Made by a program: the position numbers and the translations under genes
NCBI GenBank assembly: GCA_002269645.1
Contig: NIVC01003030.1
Coordinates: 1-64,000 of the forward strand
Direction of reading: 5' to 3'
Length of the DNA: 64,000 nucleotides
Source of the DNA: Macrostomum lignano
Lineage: Eukaryota
Notes under the pieces: model-generated
The model's input: only the letters and a program-made list of their open reading frames with translations
Databases searched by the model: none
What the model was told of the DNA's origin: nothing
Shown: positions 26,701-39,000 of the stretch, piece by piece
Position numbering within the stretch: the stretch's first letter is position 1
How the letters are laid out: each line of letters starts with the position of its first letter

Positions 26701-26757
26701 ATGGACAAGCTGGCCGAGAATTTGCGGGCCGGCCTTGCCGACAGTGCCAAAATCTGA
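17716..26757 (+). CDS. IDH1: NADP-dependent isocitrate dehydrogenase, cytosolic/peroxisomal type; exons 17716-17728, 17861-17900, 18194-18300, 18403-18865, 20222-20743, 26664-26757 (412 aa)
   Basis: Spliced product [106 protein letters not shown]. All introns are GT-AG and in phase. No mitochondrial presequence seen. Confidence 0.96.
18868..19150. repeat. Minisatellite (CAAGGATATTCGGGCTCATG(G/A)G core) starting immediately after an IDH1 splice donor
   Basis: Visible directly; units of variable length. Confidence 0.85.
19990..20175. repeat. Degenerate ~31-bp repeat (TCTTACTGGGAAGGTCAAGGGACC) near the 3' end of IDH1 intron 4
   Basis: About 5 imperfect copies. Confidence 0.7.
21053..26582. repeat. 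~5.5-kb satellite of a 24-bp unit (GACACTGAGACGGACACTAAGACA) with 146-bp and 2413-bp higher-order repeats, in IDH1 intron 5
   Basis: Identical ORFs recur at offset 2413 (e.g. 21379/23792). The private 1-bp deletion GGAACTAAG is at 23001 and 25414. The marker CTAAGGTGGACACTAGG recurs 146 bp apart three times. Confidence 0.97.
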
Positions 26758-26842
26758 TGATGCTACGAGATCGTCTCTAAATTAAGTCCGTAAACTTGAC
26801 AAGACTACTCACTTGCTTGACATTTGTAGTGAAGAGGTCAAT

Positions 26843-26848
26843 AATAAA
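26843..26848 (+). terminator. Probable polyadenylation signal of IDH1
   Basis: AATAAA about 85 bp after the IDH1 stop. Confidence 0.55.
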
Positions 26849-27724
26849 GTGTAGGAGTAGCTAATTAATAGTAAAAATGCAAAAAACCAAAACCTTGCAG
26901 TCGCGGCTATCCGCGACACAAATAGTTCATATAAATAGTAAAGTTAATAATTAATTATTGAAGTACTGTACATGTATCTAGATCATAGTTAAATCATTTA
27001 TTATTATTATCTATTGCCTTTTTCGTTCGCTTTTATTATATAGCTGTCTTTGTCAGAATGACGATCGATGGATATAATAATTTGTTCTCGGATTATTTAT
27101 AATTTATTGATGCAATGAAATTATTGCACTGCGGCCATTTGTTTTAGTTTTATTATTATCATTCACTTTATCGCTTGTCTTTTAGTGCATTATTATTATT
27201 ACATGTATGTAGCCGGCACATTAGATTATTAATACTATAGAATTATATTAAACTTAGCGATTCGGTAATTATAATGCGTTAAGAGTTTTTTTCAGATTTC
27301 ATAGCAAAGCCGAGCACTGAGAGCTGTCAACTAAGAGTCGGATATTAGTTATATACTTTTATAATTGCATTGCCAACGGTAAACCCAGTCGCTAATTTTA
27401 ATACATGTTGACCAGTCCTATTTGACTTTATTTATCTCTAAGTCCTATTTGCTTTGGCCTTGTGGATCTTGGATATTTGAAGTTAATTATATTGAAGAGA
27501 GTTTTGTCTTTCAGTCTTGCTTATTAAATTTAATCTGCCGATCACATTGGAAACTGATTGCAATTTTGACGAAAGTATGAGATTTTTCAGCGGAATCGGC
27601 GTAGCTTGGAGCCCCCAATTAAAATTTTTAATATTAATTTTTACAATTTTTAACAAAAATAGCGATCGTAGGAACACGATTTCTATGAGCTCTGTGTTCC
27701 AATTTCAGTGCAGCTGACAATGAC

Positions 27725-28545
27725 AACTCTTGGTAGAAATACCATATGGGGGTGTATTTCAAATACACACATTTTTCCTGTCTGTATCTCCAAAAATATT
27801 CAACCAATTGCCATGAAAATCCAGAAAACGGGCTAAAATTTTCCGCTCTATTTGATGAAGCAACTTCGAGAATCACGAAAAATTGGCATCGTCGAGATAT
27901 TCAACGATTCTCCTCGGGGTGTCTGGTGGCAAAAAACATGCACCAACATTAACAAAATTTTTCTGCTCACAAAATCTCATCATGAAACCAAGTCGGCTCA
28001 ACAAACTATGCATATCGGTCGTGAGGCCTTTGTTCTCAGCGTCCCAGGCCCCAGGGTCCCCTTCATCTCCGTCTGGAGCAACGGGGGCGACCGTCGGGAC
28101 CTTCAAAAAAAGCACCCGATGGGCATCTCAGAGACGGCTGCGTTCTCAAAACTGAAGTGGAAGAATCCTCTTCTGCATGCAGCATTCAGTCAGTAGACAC
28201 AATCGGTAAATGAAAGGGACGATGGCGACCCTCTAGGCTGACCTGTAGACATACAGGCGACCTTCCGGACCTTCAACGGACTGCCACCAATTGCGGCCCT
28301 GACGAGCTGGCATCCCCAACATCGTGATTTTTCTATCAAGGCACCAAACCAGGCATGTCTGCGTATTATACAATGATCCTGCACCATGTTCAGCATTCAG
28401 CTCTGTCTGGACGACCTTCGGGACCTTCAACGGAGTGCACCTTGCGGCCCTGACGAGCTGGCACCCCCAACATCGTGATTTTTCTATCACGGCTCCAAAC
28501 CAGACATGTCTGCATATTATACAATGCATTTGTACCATGTTAAAT
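27725..28545 (+). mobile_element. piggyBac-like left-end fragment (copy A) with decayed transposase N-terminus and an internal ~155-bp tandem duplication
   Basis: Inverted homolog of 29500-30179, sharing GGGGTGTATT(T/A)CAAATACACAC and ~550 bp of coding-like sequence. Stops and frameshifts present. Confidence 0.6.
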
Positions 28546-28607
28546 TGGAGAGTTACAGATTTAACTGGCGACTGAAAAAGAAAATATTTAATTTGTTAAA
28601 AATGATA

Positions 28608-28735
28608 ATTCAGTATGTCAAAAATGATGATATTACAGTATGTCAAAAATGATGATATTACAGTATGTCAAAAATGATGATATTACAGTATTTCAAAAGT
28701 GATGATATTACAGTATTTCAAAAATGATATTACAG
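28608..28735. repeat. 25-bp tandem repeat (GATATTACAGTATGTCAAAAATGAT) between the two piggyBac halves
   Basis: About 5 copies, visible directly. Confidence 0.8.
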
Positions 28736-30179
28736 CAAATTCAGAGCAGAAGGATCTGAACAGGCAGTAGGACACACACGTGAGCTCCTCAGAAAACCGG
28801 AATTCGCTCGTGTGTGGAGCCATGTTTTGAGTTGAATTCTTGAGATCGGCTTGCGGGCCACCACGAGTGCGCATCACTGTTCCAAGAAACGTGAATCCTA
28901 TTTCTCGGTACAAGTGATTGGCCAACGCAAGACTCGAGAAGAATCTGTCACATGTGATGCTGTACTACAGTGTCCCCTGAATGGATCAGCCATAGTGATT
29001 CCGGATGGATGAATTCTGGATGGATTCCGGATTCCTGTGATGCAAAAGTAGTGGACAGCAGTGTTCCTTTGCCAGTGCAGATTTCCGCATTGAACTCATA
29101 GCGGATGTCCATGTCATCCTGAATCTCTGGATTTCCAGCCGATGTCAGGAGGAACAGCTTGGCACCATTGCGACCGTTGGGGGCCAAGCCCGGATCCCGC
29201 GGCAGTTTTCGAGAACTGCACCGCGGTGTTGAACTTCCTCGGGAAGGCGGGCGCGATCTGACGCCCGGTGCCATGGGCCCTGGCCCGAGCGCGCCCGAAT
29301 GGAAGAAGAAGATCAGACCGGGCTTCTCCTTCAGAAAGACCGTGAAGTCACAGTTCACACCCCAGTAGACAACCAGATTTTCGTCGACGCAGTAGAGGTA
29401 CGGCCCGGAAAGGACAGGATGGCGCAGCTGACTGACAAAGGTGTCCCACAGGCGTCGGATGCCGTAGAGCTTCTTCGTTGTGGCAGTCCGCTGACGATGT
29501 TTGGCAGTTTCGAATTTAACATGGTGCAAAAGCATTGTACATGTATAATACGCAGACATGCCTGCATGGTTTTGGTGCCTTGATAGAAAAATCACGATGT
29601 TGGGGGTGCCAGCTCGTCAGGGCCGCGTGGTGGCACTCTGTTGAAGGTCCAGAAGGTCGCCTGTATGTTTACAGGTCAGCCTAGAGGGTCGCCATCGTCC
29701 ATTTCATTTACCGATTGTGTCTACTGACTGAACGCTGCATGCAGAAGAGGATTCTTCCACTTCAGTTTTGAGATGCCGATCGGGTGCTTTTGTTGTAGGT
29801 CCCGACGGTCGCCGCTGATGCTCCAGACAGAGATGAAGGGGACCCTGGGGCCTGGGATGCTGAGAACAAAGGCCTCTACAACAGATGGACCCAGATTATT
29901 GAGCCAATATGGATTCACCATAAAGGTTTATACAGTGTAGTGTTGGTTGTCCTTGCCACCAGTGTCTTCGACAAGAATCGTTGAATATCTCGACGATGCT
30001 GACGTCGGATGACGTTGAAAGTTAGTTTGTCGGAAAGGTCGGAAAATTTTGATCCATACGGTGGACTCTTACGAAAATCGGTTATTCGGTTTGCGAGCTA
30101 TCGTGAAATGGGTCGTGTGTATTTGTAATACACCCCGTGGTCTTTCCCCATGGGGAAAAATATCGTGGTCTTTCTACTG
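28735..30179 (-). mobile_element. piggyBac-superfamily transposon relic (copy B): left TIR plus a frameshifted, 3'-truncated transposase
   Basis: Motifs IRRLWDTF..GPYLYCVDENLV..KEKPG, YEFNAEICTGK, ITCDRFFSSLALANHL..FTFLGTV..SEFRFSEELTCVSY match the piggyBac DDD core (first two Asp at ~29384 and ~28948). End TTAA|CAGTAGAAAGA (30183-30169) resembles TTAA|CCCTAGAAAGA. Confidence 0.82.
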
Positions 30180-30601
30180 TTAATGGTCTGGCCATGATTA
30201 ATAAATCGAGAACATGCGAGATGAAATTGTCAAATGAAATAATTAAGTTGATGGAATAAATTAAATTAAACGTAAGCAATTTACTAATTAAAACACCTTT
30301 TAGATCCAGATAAAGACAAAATAAATTTATATACCAGATTAATCGATACGCTAGTATATTTAATGGTATTAAACTCGTATGTGTATACGAAATGCAATGA
30401 TAGTTGCCATTTGGAGTTAAATGTACAGTTGTACATATGCAATGACACACTTTTATATGCTGAGTGACAGTCTATTTGATGCTTTGAATGAGCAGCAGCA
30501 ATTAGTAGTACTTGTAGTAGTAGTAGTAGTAGCAACAAAGAACAAGTAAAATTGGAACAGACCCGAAAGAAGACGCTTTTGATAATGAATTATATACAAA
30601 G

Positions 30602-30862
30602 GGCCTGTCAACTTAAGCTCGTAAAGTGGAGCCCGAGTAACCTATGTACCCAAATGATATGTCATTCTGCTCATAGTCACACTAGGAAGCTGGGTTTGGC
30701 CTGTGACGAAAATTGGACTTGAGAGAACCAGCAAGAAGCAAGGGGATAATGACTCATGAGGGACTCTACTTTGAGCTTTGAGCTTTGAGCTAAGTTGGCA
30801 TAATAGTCATTTGGGTACATAGGTTACTCGGACTCCACTTTATGAGCTTAAGTTGATAGGCC
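30602..30862. mobile_element. MITE with 56-bp TIRs
   Basis: GGCCTGTCAACTTAAGCTCGTAAAGTGGAGCCCGAGTAACCTATGTACCCAAATGA (30602-30657) and its near-perfect reverse complement (30807-30862). No TSD resolved. Confidence 0.75.
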
Positions 30863-33668
30863 ATTTCTGAATATTATCTGGAATGAAAATATGAAAAAGC
30901 TATATGCAGCCTCTGATATTGAAGAGGTAATAGTAATAGCGTCAGGTAGTCTACGCCCACTCAATTTTAGAAGAGGCTTTGTTTCGGACAGGATTTTTGC
31001 ATGGTTTGCTACAAAATTAGAAAAGCTTTGCGAGTTCGCTCAAGTTTCCTTTGAAATTCGAGTAAACGTACTTTTAATTTTTAAGTTAGATATTGAAGAA
31101 TCATCACTGGACTCTGCATTGCGCAATTTCAAGGCAATGACAAAGAATTAGTTCGAGTCAATTCCAAGAATTCACGCGAGTCCTCAGACATTTAGAGCTC
31201 GTCAAGTCTCACTTAGCTTTCGTCATCATTTCCGACATTTATAAACTATTCAGAGGGCATCGAGAGAATAAGCTCAGGTGCATTAGTTTGACGCCAAAAT
31301 TGAGAGCTGTCAAGCCAACGGAAAGCAACTGTCCGCAATGACCTCTTCCTCGTGAATAGATTAGTTGGTATGACGGAAATTCGATCTATATCATTATTCC
31401 CCTCAAGTGAATGCTCAAATCATTCATCGATTGAGCTAGCGTGAGCAACTGCGGCCATAGGCTGGGCAAACTCCGCATTGAGCTGGGCTCTAGCAGGGCC
31501 CGCCCTTGGCCTACAGTGCGGTTAAAGGCGCTGCGATCCCTTACTGCGGGAGAAAGCGGACTGAGTACGAGTACTTAATAAATTGGATTTCTCATGCAGA
31601 AATTTGGTAACTGTCAGAATTTTCAATATTTTTCTTTAAAACTATCTAAGAGAATAGATTATGGGTCCACTTGTCAAACCAACAGCAAGTTCACCGCATA
31701 TTTGCCGTCTGTACAACCCTGGTCAGCCTCTTGTACGAGCCAAGGAAGGCCTCATCCCCAAGGGTAATAGCTATGCGATTTTCAGGTGAGCATTGCAGAC
31801 TTTAGGCCAATCGCCAGATTTGCTGGCGGGCCACCAGTCCTGGAGATGGCTCACTTAGAATCAGAAAAAAGTACGGCGGAATCCAGGTCGTTGCGATCAA
31901 ACCGCTGGTTCTACAGCCCCAGTCCAAACGCAAAGCACCGGCCCGCCGCGCGTTTCGAGTTCAAATATATGGACTCGGCAATGCAAGAATGCGGACCCAC
32001 GATCCAATTAGGATGGGTCATCCGCAAACGTGTAACCGAAACCAATCGCGTTCAACCATCCGCGTGCAGTGCGAACGTTTTAGCTCAAGGTTGCGTGGTT
32101 TAGAATGCATAGCTAGAACAACTGCAGCCGAACAAAGTCCGATATGCTTATTCAGCACCTGTTCTATACAAGATTCTTCTCAAAAATTATTTTTATTCAA
32201 ATTTTGTAGATAAAAATGAGTAAGAAATTAAAAATAACATTCAAAAAACGTTTTGAAGGCATCAGAAAAAGCGAAAAGACGGCAAGTTTTAGCATAGCAT
32301 CGCGAGTTTCTGCAGTTTCTGTTATAATGCTCCAGTCCAGCTCACCTGCGACTCTGCTGGGATCAATCGATTCACTCGCTCATGCAGTCGAGCTGACTCG
32401 AGCAAGCAGTGAGCACAGGCGGGCTTTTTGGCAAAACTTAAAGCAGCATCTGAATACCAAATGAGCTACTGTCCAGCCCAGCTCACCTGTGAGATCGGTT
32501 TGCTCCCTCTTGAAAAACTGAGAAGCAGGCGGCGATTTGGCAAAACTAGAAGCACCATGTCAGTCAGTTTGATCTCACAACCCGCTAGAAGCGGTTGCGG
32601 TGATTTTAAGTCTCGCCTGCCCGTGCATTGCACGCGCATCCCAGACAAAGCTGCCAATAGACCGCGGGGCATAGCCTGCGAACCCGCGGCCAACCAGGCT
32701 ATAAGCTCTCTGGGAAATAGTAACGGGTCCCACGACTTTGTTATTAGCAACGCGGGCGGGGTCCGGTAGAGTGCGGCAAAATTGCCTTAACTCTTACCGG
32801 CGCTCGAGAACCCGCGTGGAAACACAGTTGCAATGAGCGGTGAAACTGTGATCGACACTGTTTTTAGACCATAAGCTACTCATCAATATAAAGTTTGAGT
32901 AAGCAATAGCCAAAATAAATACAGTGCGATCCAGCTGACCGAACCTCGACAATGGCAACCCGACTCTGTCTAATCGTCATTGGCATCTAATAAAATGCCT
33001 TGATGAGATCAGACCAAGAAATTCGCCAGAGCTTCCATAACCTTCGAGGCGGCTGGCCCTCCTCTTGCCAAAGTCCTGCAGCAGACCAGTTGCGAATGCA
33101 AAATGTTCGAACACCGCGAACTTGCAAAAATAGTAGGTGAGCAAGCAGCTATAGGCATTCTCTATCACAAACTGTCCAGGCTATAGATGTGGAACTGGGA
33201 AGATGTCACAGCCAGCCGTAGGCCCCGCTCATGCCAACTGCCCCCATTGTCAAGCTTGCAAATTGTTTCAAAGCAGAATTTTTAAACTCAACTCACCTCA
33301 TGTCTAAAGTCCAAACTTTGAGAGTAACTTGTTTAATCGAAAGCAAAGCTGTCTTCATTGCCAATCATTGGCAAACTTCATACTGTGGCGTGGCGACCCG
33401 AAGAGGAGGCAAATTGAAGAAGTTGAAGTTAAAAGCCTCTGCCCTCCAGCCAGTGCCATAGAACTAATTTCAGACAACAGACAGACTTAATTAATTGAGG
33501 TGCTTGCTAGGGTTTTGCAAGGAGTGTACATGACTGGGACTGAACTGGCGGAGATGGGGGGGGGGGAGGGCACTCATCGGGTGGCAGGGTTTTTAGTCAC
33601 CCCCTCTGTAATTGGTGGGGTGGTTTTGGGTTCTGCGTTTCTTCCTCGGGCACAAGCTCTGTTCCGAC

Positions 33669-34116
33669 CACAGATACTAAAATAACTAGATGGGCCACTC
33701 AGGCACATTTACTTAGTAAAACAGCTTTCTACTTTCAGTTCAGTAGCAAAGAAGAATACATAAGCTATTTTATAAAAATAAAGGCAGCTGAAATGACTTC
33801 GATAAGTTTAGAAGCCCAAGCTTGCAGGCGTAAACAGCTTGCTAATTGGTTCAGCAATAATGTACATTAGCCAGTCCACTGAAATGTACATGGCAGCTTT
33901 AGAGGCTGGAATTCCGAGAAAGGCAATAAAAATTGGGGTGGGGCGGGGGTTAATGTGGAAAGGCGCAGTTGGAGGGTTTAAGCTGGGGTAAAAGTCAATA
34001 AATGAGCCTTGACTTTAAAAATAAATTAAAATGCTTCAGTTTAACTTACTACTGAACAGAAAGTAGCTTACACGCAAATGTGCTGAGTGGCCCATCTAGT
34101 TATTTTAGTATCTGTG
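33669..34116 (+). mobile_element. hAT-like MITE, copy 2; perfect 8-bp TSD GTTCCGAC
   Basis: TIR CACAGATACTAAAATAACTAGATGGGCCACTCAG at both ends; TSD at 33661-33668 and 34117-34124. Confidence 0.85.
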
Positions 34117-35129
34117 GTTCCGACCCGAATGCGATTGTAGAGTTAGGGGAGAGGGTGAAGAAGTAAATTATTTTCAGTGTACTGTACACACCCTCCGCAG
34201 CCCTTTATCGATTATTTAAAAGCCTATATTAACATGTACACCAATCTAACCAGCCCCCCCAAAATCGATTAACTTTTCAAGCCGATGGCCCAGAGGCCAT
34301 CCAGACCTTTGACTTAGTCGGTAATTTTACTAATTTCATAGTGGAAAAATACTAATTTCTAATTACTAATTTCACGCGAACAAAGATGATAAACATAATA
34401 TGATGTGATGAGTCCAAAATCCAGATGGACTACTCCAATGAGAGGTTCAACATAGTCTACTTACTCAGCAATATGTTAAAGTTATCATCCCGAAACCAGC
34501 GGTCAACTTCTCAGATTTTAGCCCTCACACGCAATTTCCACCAAGTTCGCGGTTCGCGTTGCTTCTCAACTATGGGCGTCCCGTCACAAGCCGAAACCTA
34601 GTTTAGGCCGGTGAAGAGAGAGGAGTTATACTAGAGTTGGATCAAAGCTGCCAATGCTGCCATTTGCCACTGCTCTCGGGGTGGAAACTTATCGGTTTTT
34701 TTTACCATCATTAACATTTTTACTAAGTCTTAAACCAGAAAGCACTATAAAATCCAACTGTCAAGTGTCAACCAATAAAAAACAAAAACTTGGGAAGTCC
34801 GTATACTGTTAGCAGTAGCGGGTACAGACGATATATGCTACTGAAAATAAAGATAGCAAGTAGTATAGATTTATTTATTGATTTTCCAAGTTGCAAAAAA
34901 GCAATAAATTGAAAGAAAAAATATGCAGTTGAATATTCTCCAGATAAAAAATAGCACATCAATAATGTGCGATATATGTAACGCAGTTCTGAAAATACAA
35001 TAAAGAAGAAGCAAGTCCAATATAAACTATAAAGTCGGTGTACTTTGTACTATAACAATAATACGCTCGTACATAAGCTATAAAGTACATCGTACAGAGA
35101 GTTAAATGTCAAAGCAGCAGGAAATGGCA

Positions 35130-35429
35130 AGGACCACTGTAGCATAACAGGATGTAAAGCACTGATCGTGCAATTTTTGGAGGCCAATTTCCTGGAAAAA
35201 AAACATTTAATGTCACAAAATCAATAATTGCCTTTGATCTGGAGCAGTGAAGATTACCATTCTTCTAATTTAGCATCCACAACATGTTACTCTTGCGTTT
35301 TATATAGTGAAAGTTTCATTTTTATATCGTTATCGTTTAATTTCATAATTTTTGTGCATCTCCGCATCCAGGAAATTGGTCTCCGAAAGGGTCCTTGAGT
35401 TTCACTTCCCTGTTATGCTACAAGGTCCT
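35130..35429. mobile_element. Degenerate MITE with imperfect ~70-bp TIRs
   Basis: AGGACCACTGTAGCATAACAGG..GGAGGCCAATTTCCTGGA versus TCCAGGAAATTGGTCTCC..CCTGTTATGCTACAAGGTCCT. Confidence 0.5.
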
Positions 35430-36083
35430 CGGGCAAAGGTAGGCATTGAATTTATAATGACAAACTGGGGTTGATTAAAATTTATATAAGTCCCACAAAT
35501 TAGGGCTATATAAAACAAGAGTTTCGAATTTTCTAAATCATCAAACCAGAAACAGCCGCCAACCAATGTAATAATTAATAAATAAGTGTAATTAGTTAGG
35601 CAAATAATTGGTAAAAAAGCACTCCATATAAAAATACTATTTTTTCTCAGATTATCATAAAGCAGAGCAAATTAAAAAATTGGTAGATAACTACAAACAG
35701 TAAAAACTCTGCGATACACATTAACGGAAATGTCAAACAAGAGCTGAGGAAAAAAAACAGCAAAATTTCCAAGAGCGACACGCGTTGATAAAAATGTATA
35801 AAACAAAACCGATGGAAACTCATTATAAACAATCTTAATCAATTGAAGCAATTAATTTTAATTCCGGCTTATTGAAAAAAGCACAAACAAGTAGCAAAAA
35901 ATTTTGCATTCCAAAATAATAAAGCCGTACGGTCGAGTTTTGTAGGAAAAGTTAAAAAAGCCCGTCAGCAAAAGAAAACAAGGCAAAACGAATTTATCGT
36001 AAAATGTTTTTTTGGTGTACTTGCTGTTAAGTAGTTCTCGCAGATCCAGTCGCAGCTGTAGCCGTTTTGTTTAAGTTTCCTCA

Positions 36084-39000
36084 TTAAACTTCGCTGCCAA
36101 CGGACCAAGTGATCTGTAGCGCGGCAAGACAGCATTGCAAAAATTTAATGCATTACTTGGCAAATTCTGATTTACAGAACACAAAGCAGCACACTGCCTG
36201 GGAAAGCAACAGAAAAAGACAACCAATTTCTAAGCACAGAAAAATCTTATAATATTTTGCTAAGTGTGGTAAACTGAGGAGGCTGGCGATGGGCCCAGCA
36301 ACTGAAGATCTGGGAGGCTGGCTCAGCAACTGAGGATCTGGGAGGGTGGCTCAGCAACTGAGGATCTGGGAGGGTGGCTCAGCAACTGAGGATCTGGGAG
36401 GGTGGCTCAGCAACTGAGGATCTGGGAGGGTGGCTCAGCAACTGAGGATCTGGGAGGCTGGCCCAGCAACTGGGGATCTGGGAGGTTGGCTCAGCAACTG
36501 AGGATCTGGGAGGTTGGCTCAGCAACTGAGGATCTGGGAGGCTGGCTCAGCAACTGAGGATCTGGGAGGGTGGCTCATCAACTGAGGATCTGGGAGGGTG
36601 GCTCATCAACTGAGGATCTGGGAGGGTGGCTCATCAACTGAGGATCTGGGAGGGTGGCTCAGCAACTGAGGATCTGGGAGGCTGGCCCAGCAACTGGGGA
36701 TCTGGGAGGTTGGCTCAGCAACTGAGGATCTGGGAGGCTGGCTCAGCAACTGAGGATCTGGGAGGGTGGCCCAGCAACTGGGGATCTGGGAGGCTGGCCC
36801 AGCAACTGAGTATCTGGGAGGCTGGCCCAGCAACTGGGGATCTGGGAGGTTGGCCCAGCAACTGAGGAACTGGGAGGGTGGCTCATCAACTGAGGATCTG
36901 GGAGGGTGGCTCATCAACTGAGGATCTGGGAGGGTGGCTCAGCAACTGAGGATCTGGGAGGGTGGCTCAGCAACTGAGGATCTGGGAGGCTGGCCCAGCA
37001 ACTGAGGATCTGAGAGGCTGGCTCATCAACTGAGGATCTGGGAGGCTGGCCCAGCAACTGAGGATCTGGGAGGCTGGCTCAGTAACTGAGGATCTGGGAG
37101 GCTGGCTCAGCAACTGAGGATCTGGGAGGGTGGCTCAGCAACTGAGGATCTGGGAGGCTGGCCCAGCAACTGAGTATCTGGGAGGCTGGCCCAGCAACTG
37201 GGGATCTGGGAGGTTGGCCCAGCAACTGAGGAACTGGGAGGCTGGCCCAGCAACTGAGGATCTGGGAGGCTGGCCCAGCAACTGGGGATCTGGGAGGTTG
37301 GCCCAGCAACTGAGGATCTGGGAGGGTGGCTCAGCAACTGAGGATCTGGGAGGGTGGCTCAGCAACTGAGGATCTGGGAGGGTGGCTCAGCAACTGAGGA
37401 TCTGGGAGGCTGGCCCAGCAACTGGGGATCTGGGAGGTTGGCTCAGCAACTGAGGATCTGGGAGGGTGGCTCATCAACTGAGGATCTGGGAGGTTGGCCC
37501 AGCAACTGAGGAACTGGGAGGCTGGCCCAGCAACTGAGGATCTGGGAGGCTGGCCCAGCAACTGGGGATCTGGGAGGTTGGCCCAGCAACTGAGGATCTG
37601 GGAGGCTGGCCCAGCAACTGAGTATCTGGGAGGCTGGCCCAGCAACTGGGGATCTGGGAGGTTGGCCCAGCAACTGAGGATCTGGGAGGCTGGCCCAGCA
37701 ACTGAGGATCTGGGAGGCTGGCCCAGCAGCTGAGGATCTTGGAGGCTGGCCCAGCAACTGGGGATCTGGGAGGTTGGCTCAGCAACTGAGGATCTGGGAG
37801 GCTGGCTCAGCAACTGAGGATCTGGGAGGGTGGCTCATCAACTGAGGATCTGGGAGGGTGGCTCATCAACTGAGGATCTGGGAGGGTGGCTCATCAACTG
37901 AGGATCTGGGAGGCTGGCTCAGCAACTGAGGATCTGGGAGGGTGGCTCAGCAACTGAGGATCTGGGAGGGTGGCTCAGCAACTGAGGATCTGAGAGGCTG
38001 GCTCATCAACTGAGGATCTGGGAGGCTGGCCCAGCAACTGAGGATCTGAGAGGCTGGCTCAGTAACTGAGGATCTGGGAGGCTGGCTCAGCAACTGAGTA
38101 TCTGGGAGGCTGGCCCAGCAACTGAGGATCTGGGAGGCTGGCCCAGCAACTGAGTATCTGGGAGGCTGGCCCAGCAACTGGGGATCTGGGAGGTTGGCCC
38201 AGCAACTGAGGAACTGGGAGGCTGGCCCAGCAACTGAGGATCTGGGAGGCTGGCCCAGCAACTGGGGATCTGGGAGGTTGGCCCAGCAACTGAGGATCTG
38301 GGAGGGTGGCTCAGCAACTGAGGATCTGGGAGGGTGGCTCAGCAACTGAGGATCTGGGAGGGTGGCTCAGCAACTGAGGATCTGGGAGGCTGGCCCAGCA
38401 ACTGGGGATCTGGGAGGTTGGCTCAGCAACTGAGGATCTGGGAGGGTGGCTCATCAACTGAGGATCTGGGAGGTTGGCCCAGCAACTGAGGAACTGGGAG
38501 GCTGGCCCAGCAACTGAGGATCTGGGAGGCTGGCCCAGCAACTGGGGATCTGGGAGGTTGGCCCAGCAACTGAGGATCTGGGAGGCTGGCCCAGCAACTG
38601 AGTATCTGGGAGGCTGGCCCAGCAACTGGGGATCTGGGAGGTTGGCCCAGCAACTGAGGATCTGGGAGGCTGGCCCAGCAACTGAGGATCTGGGAGGCTG
38701 GCCCAGCAGCTGAGGATCTTGGAGGCTGGCTTAGCAACTGGCCCTCAGGAGGGCAGCCGTCTACACTGAAATATCTAGGCTCTGAGCCAGAATTCAGTAC
38801 AAATAATTCCGCCGATAGCAGTGAATAATTCAAGCCAGAACCAGGCCCTATAAACCAGATGCGGCACAGCAGACAGACTGGCGACCCAGTTCGAGGATGA
38901 CTAAGAAATTTATAATTTACCTTGAACGTCGCGCTCTGCCCCATCACGGCCATGCGATCGCTGCTAAAGTACAGCACCCTGTAGGAGCCGGTTCGCCGAC

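Noticed and set aside
31490-31575. GC-rich structured-looking segment as a ribozyme or SL RNA
   Set aside because: No CUGANGA/GAAA hammerhead core, HDV fold or Sm site could be built by eye.
36606-38713. PQLLGQPPRSSVAGPASQ-type ORFs, including the repeat tail of ORF 38423-39700
   Set aside because: 28-bp satellite; the INPP5K exon ends at the donor AAG|GTAAAT (38921).
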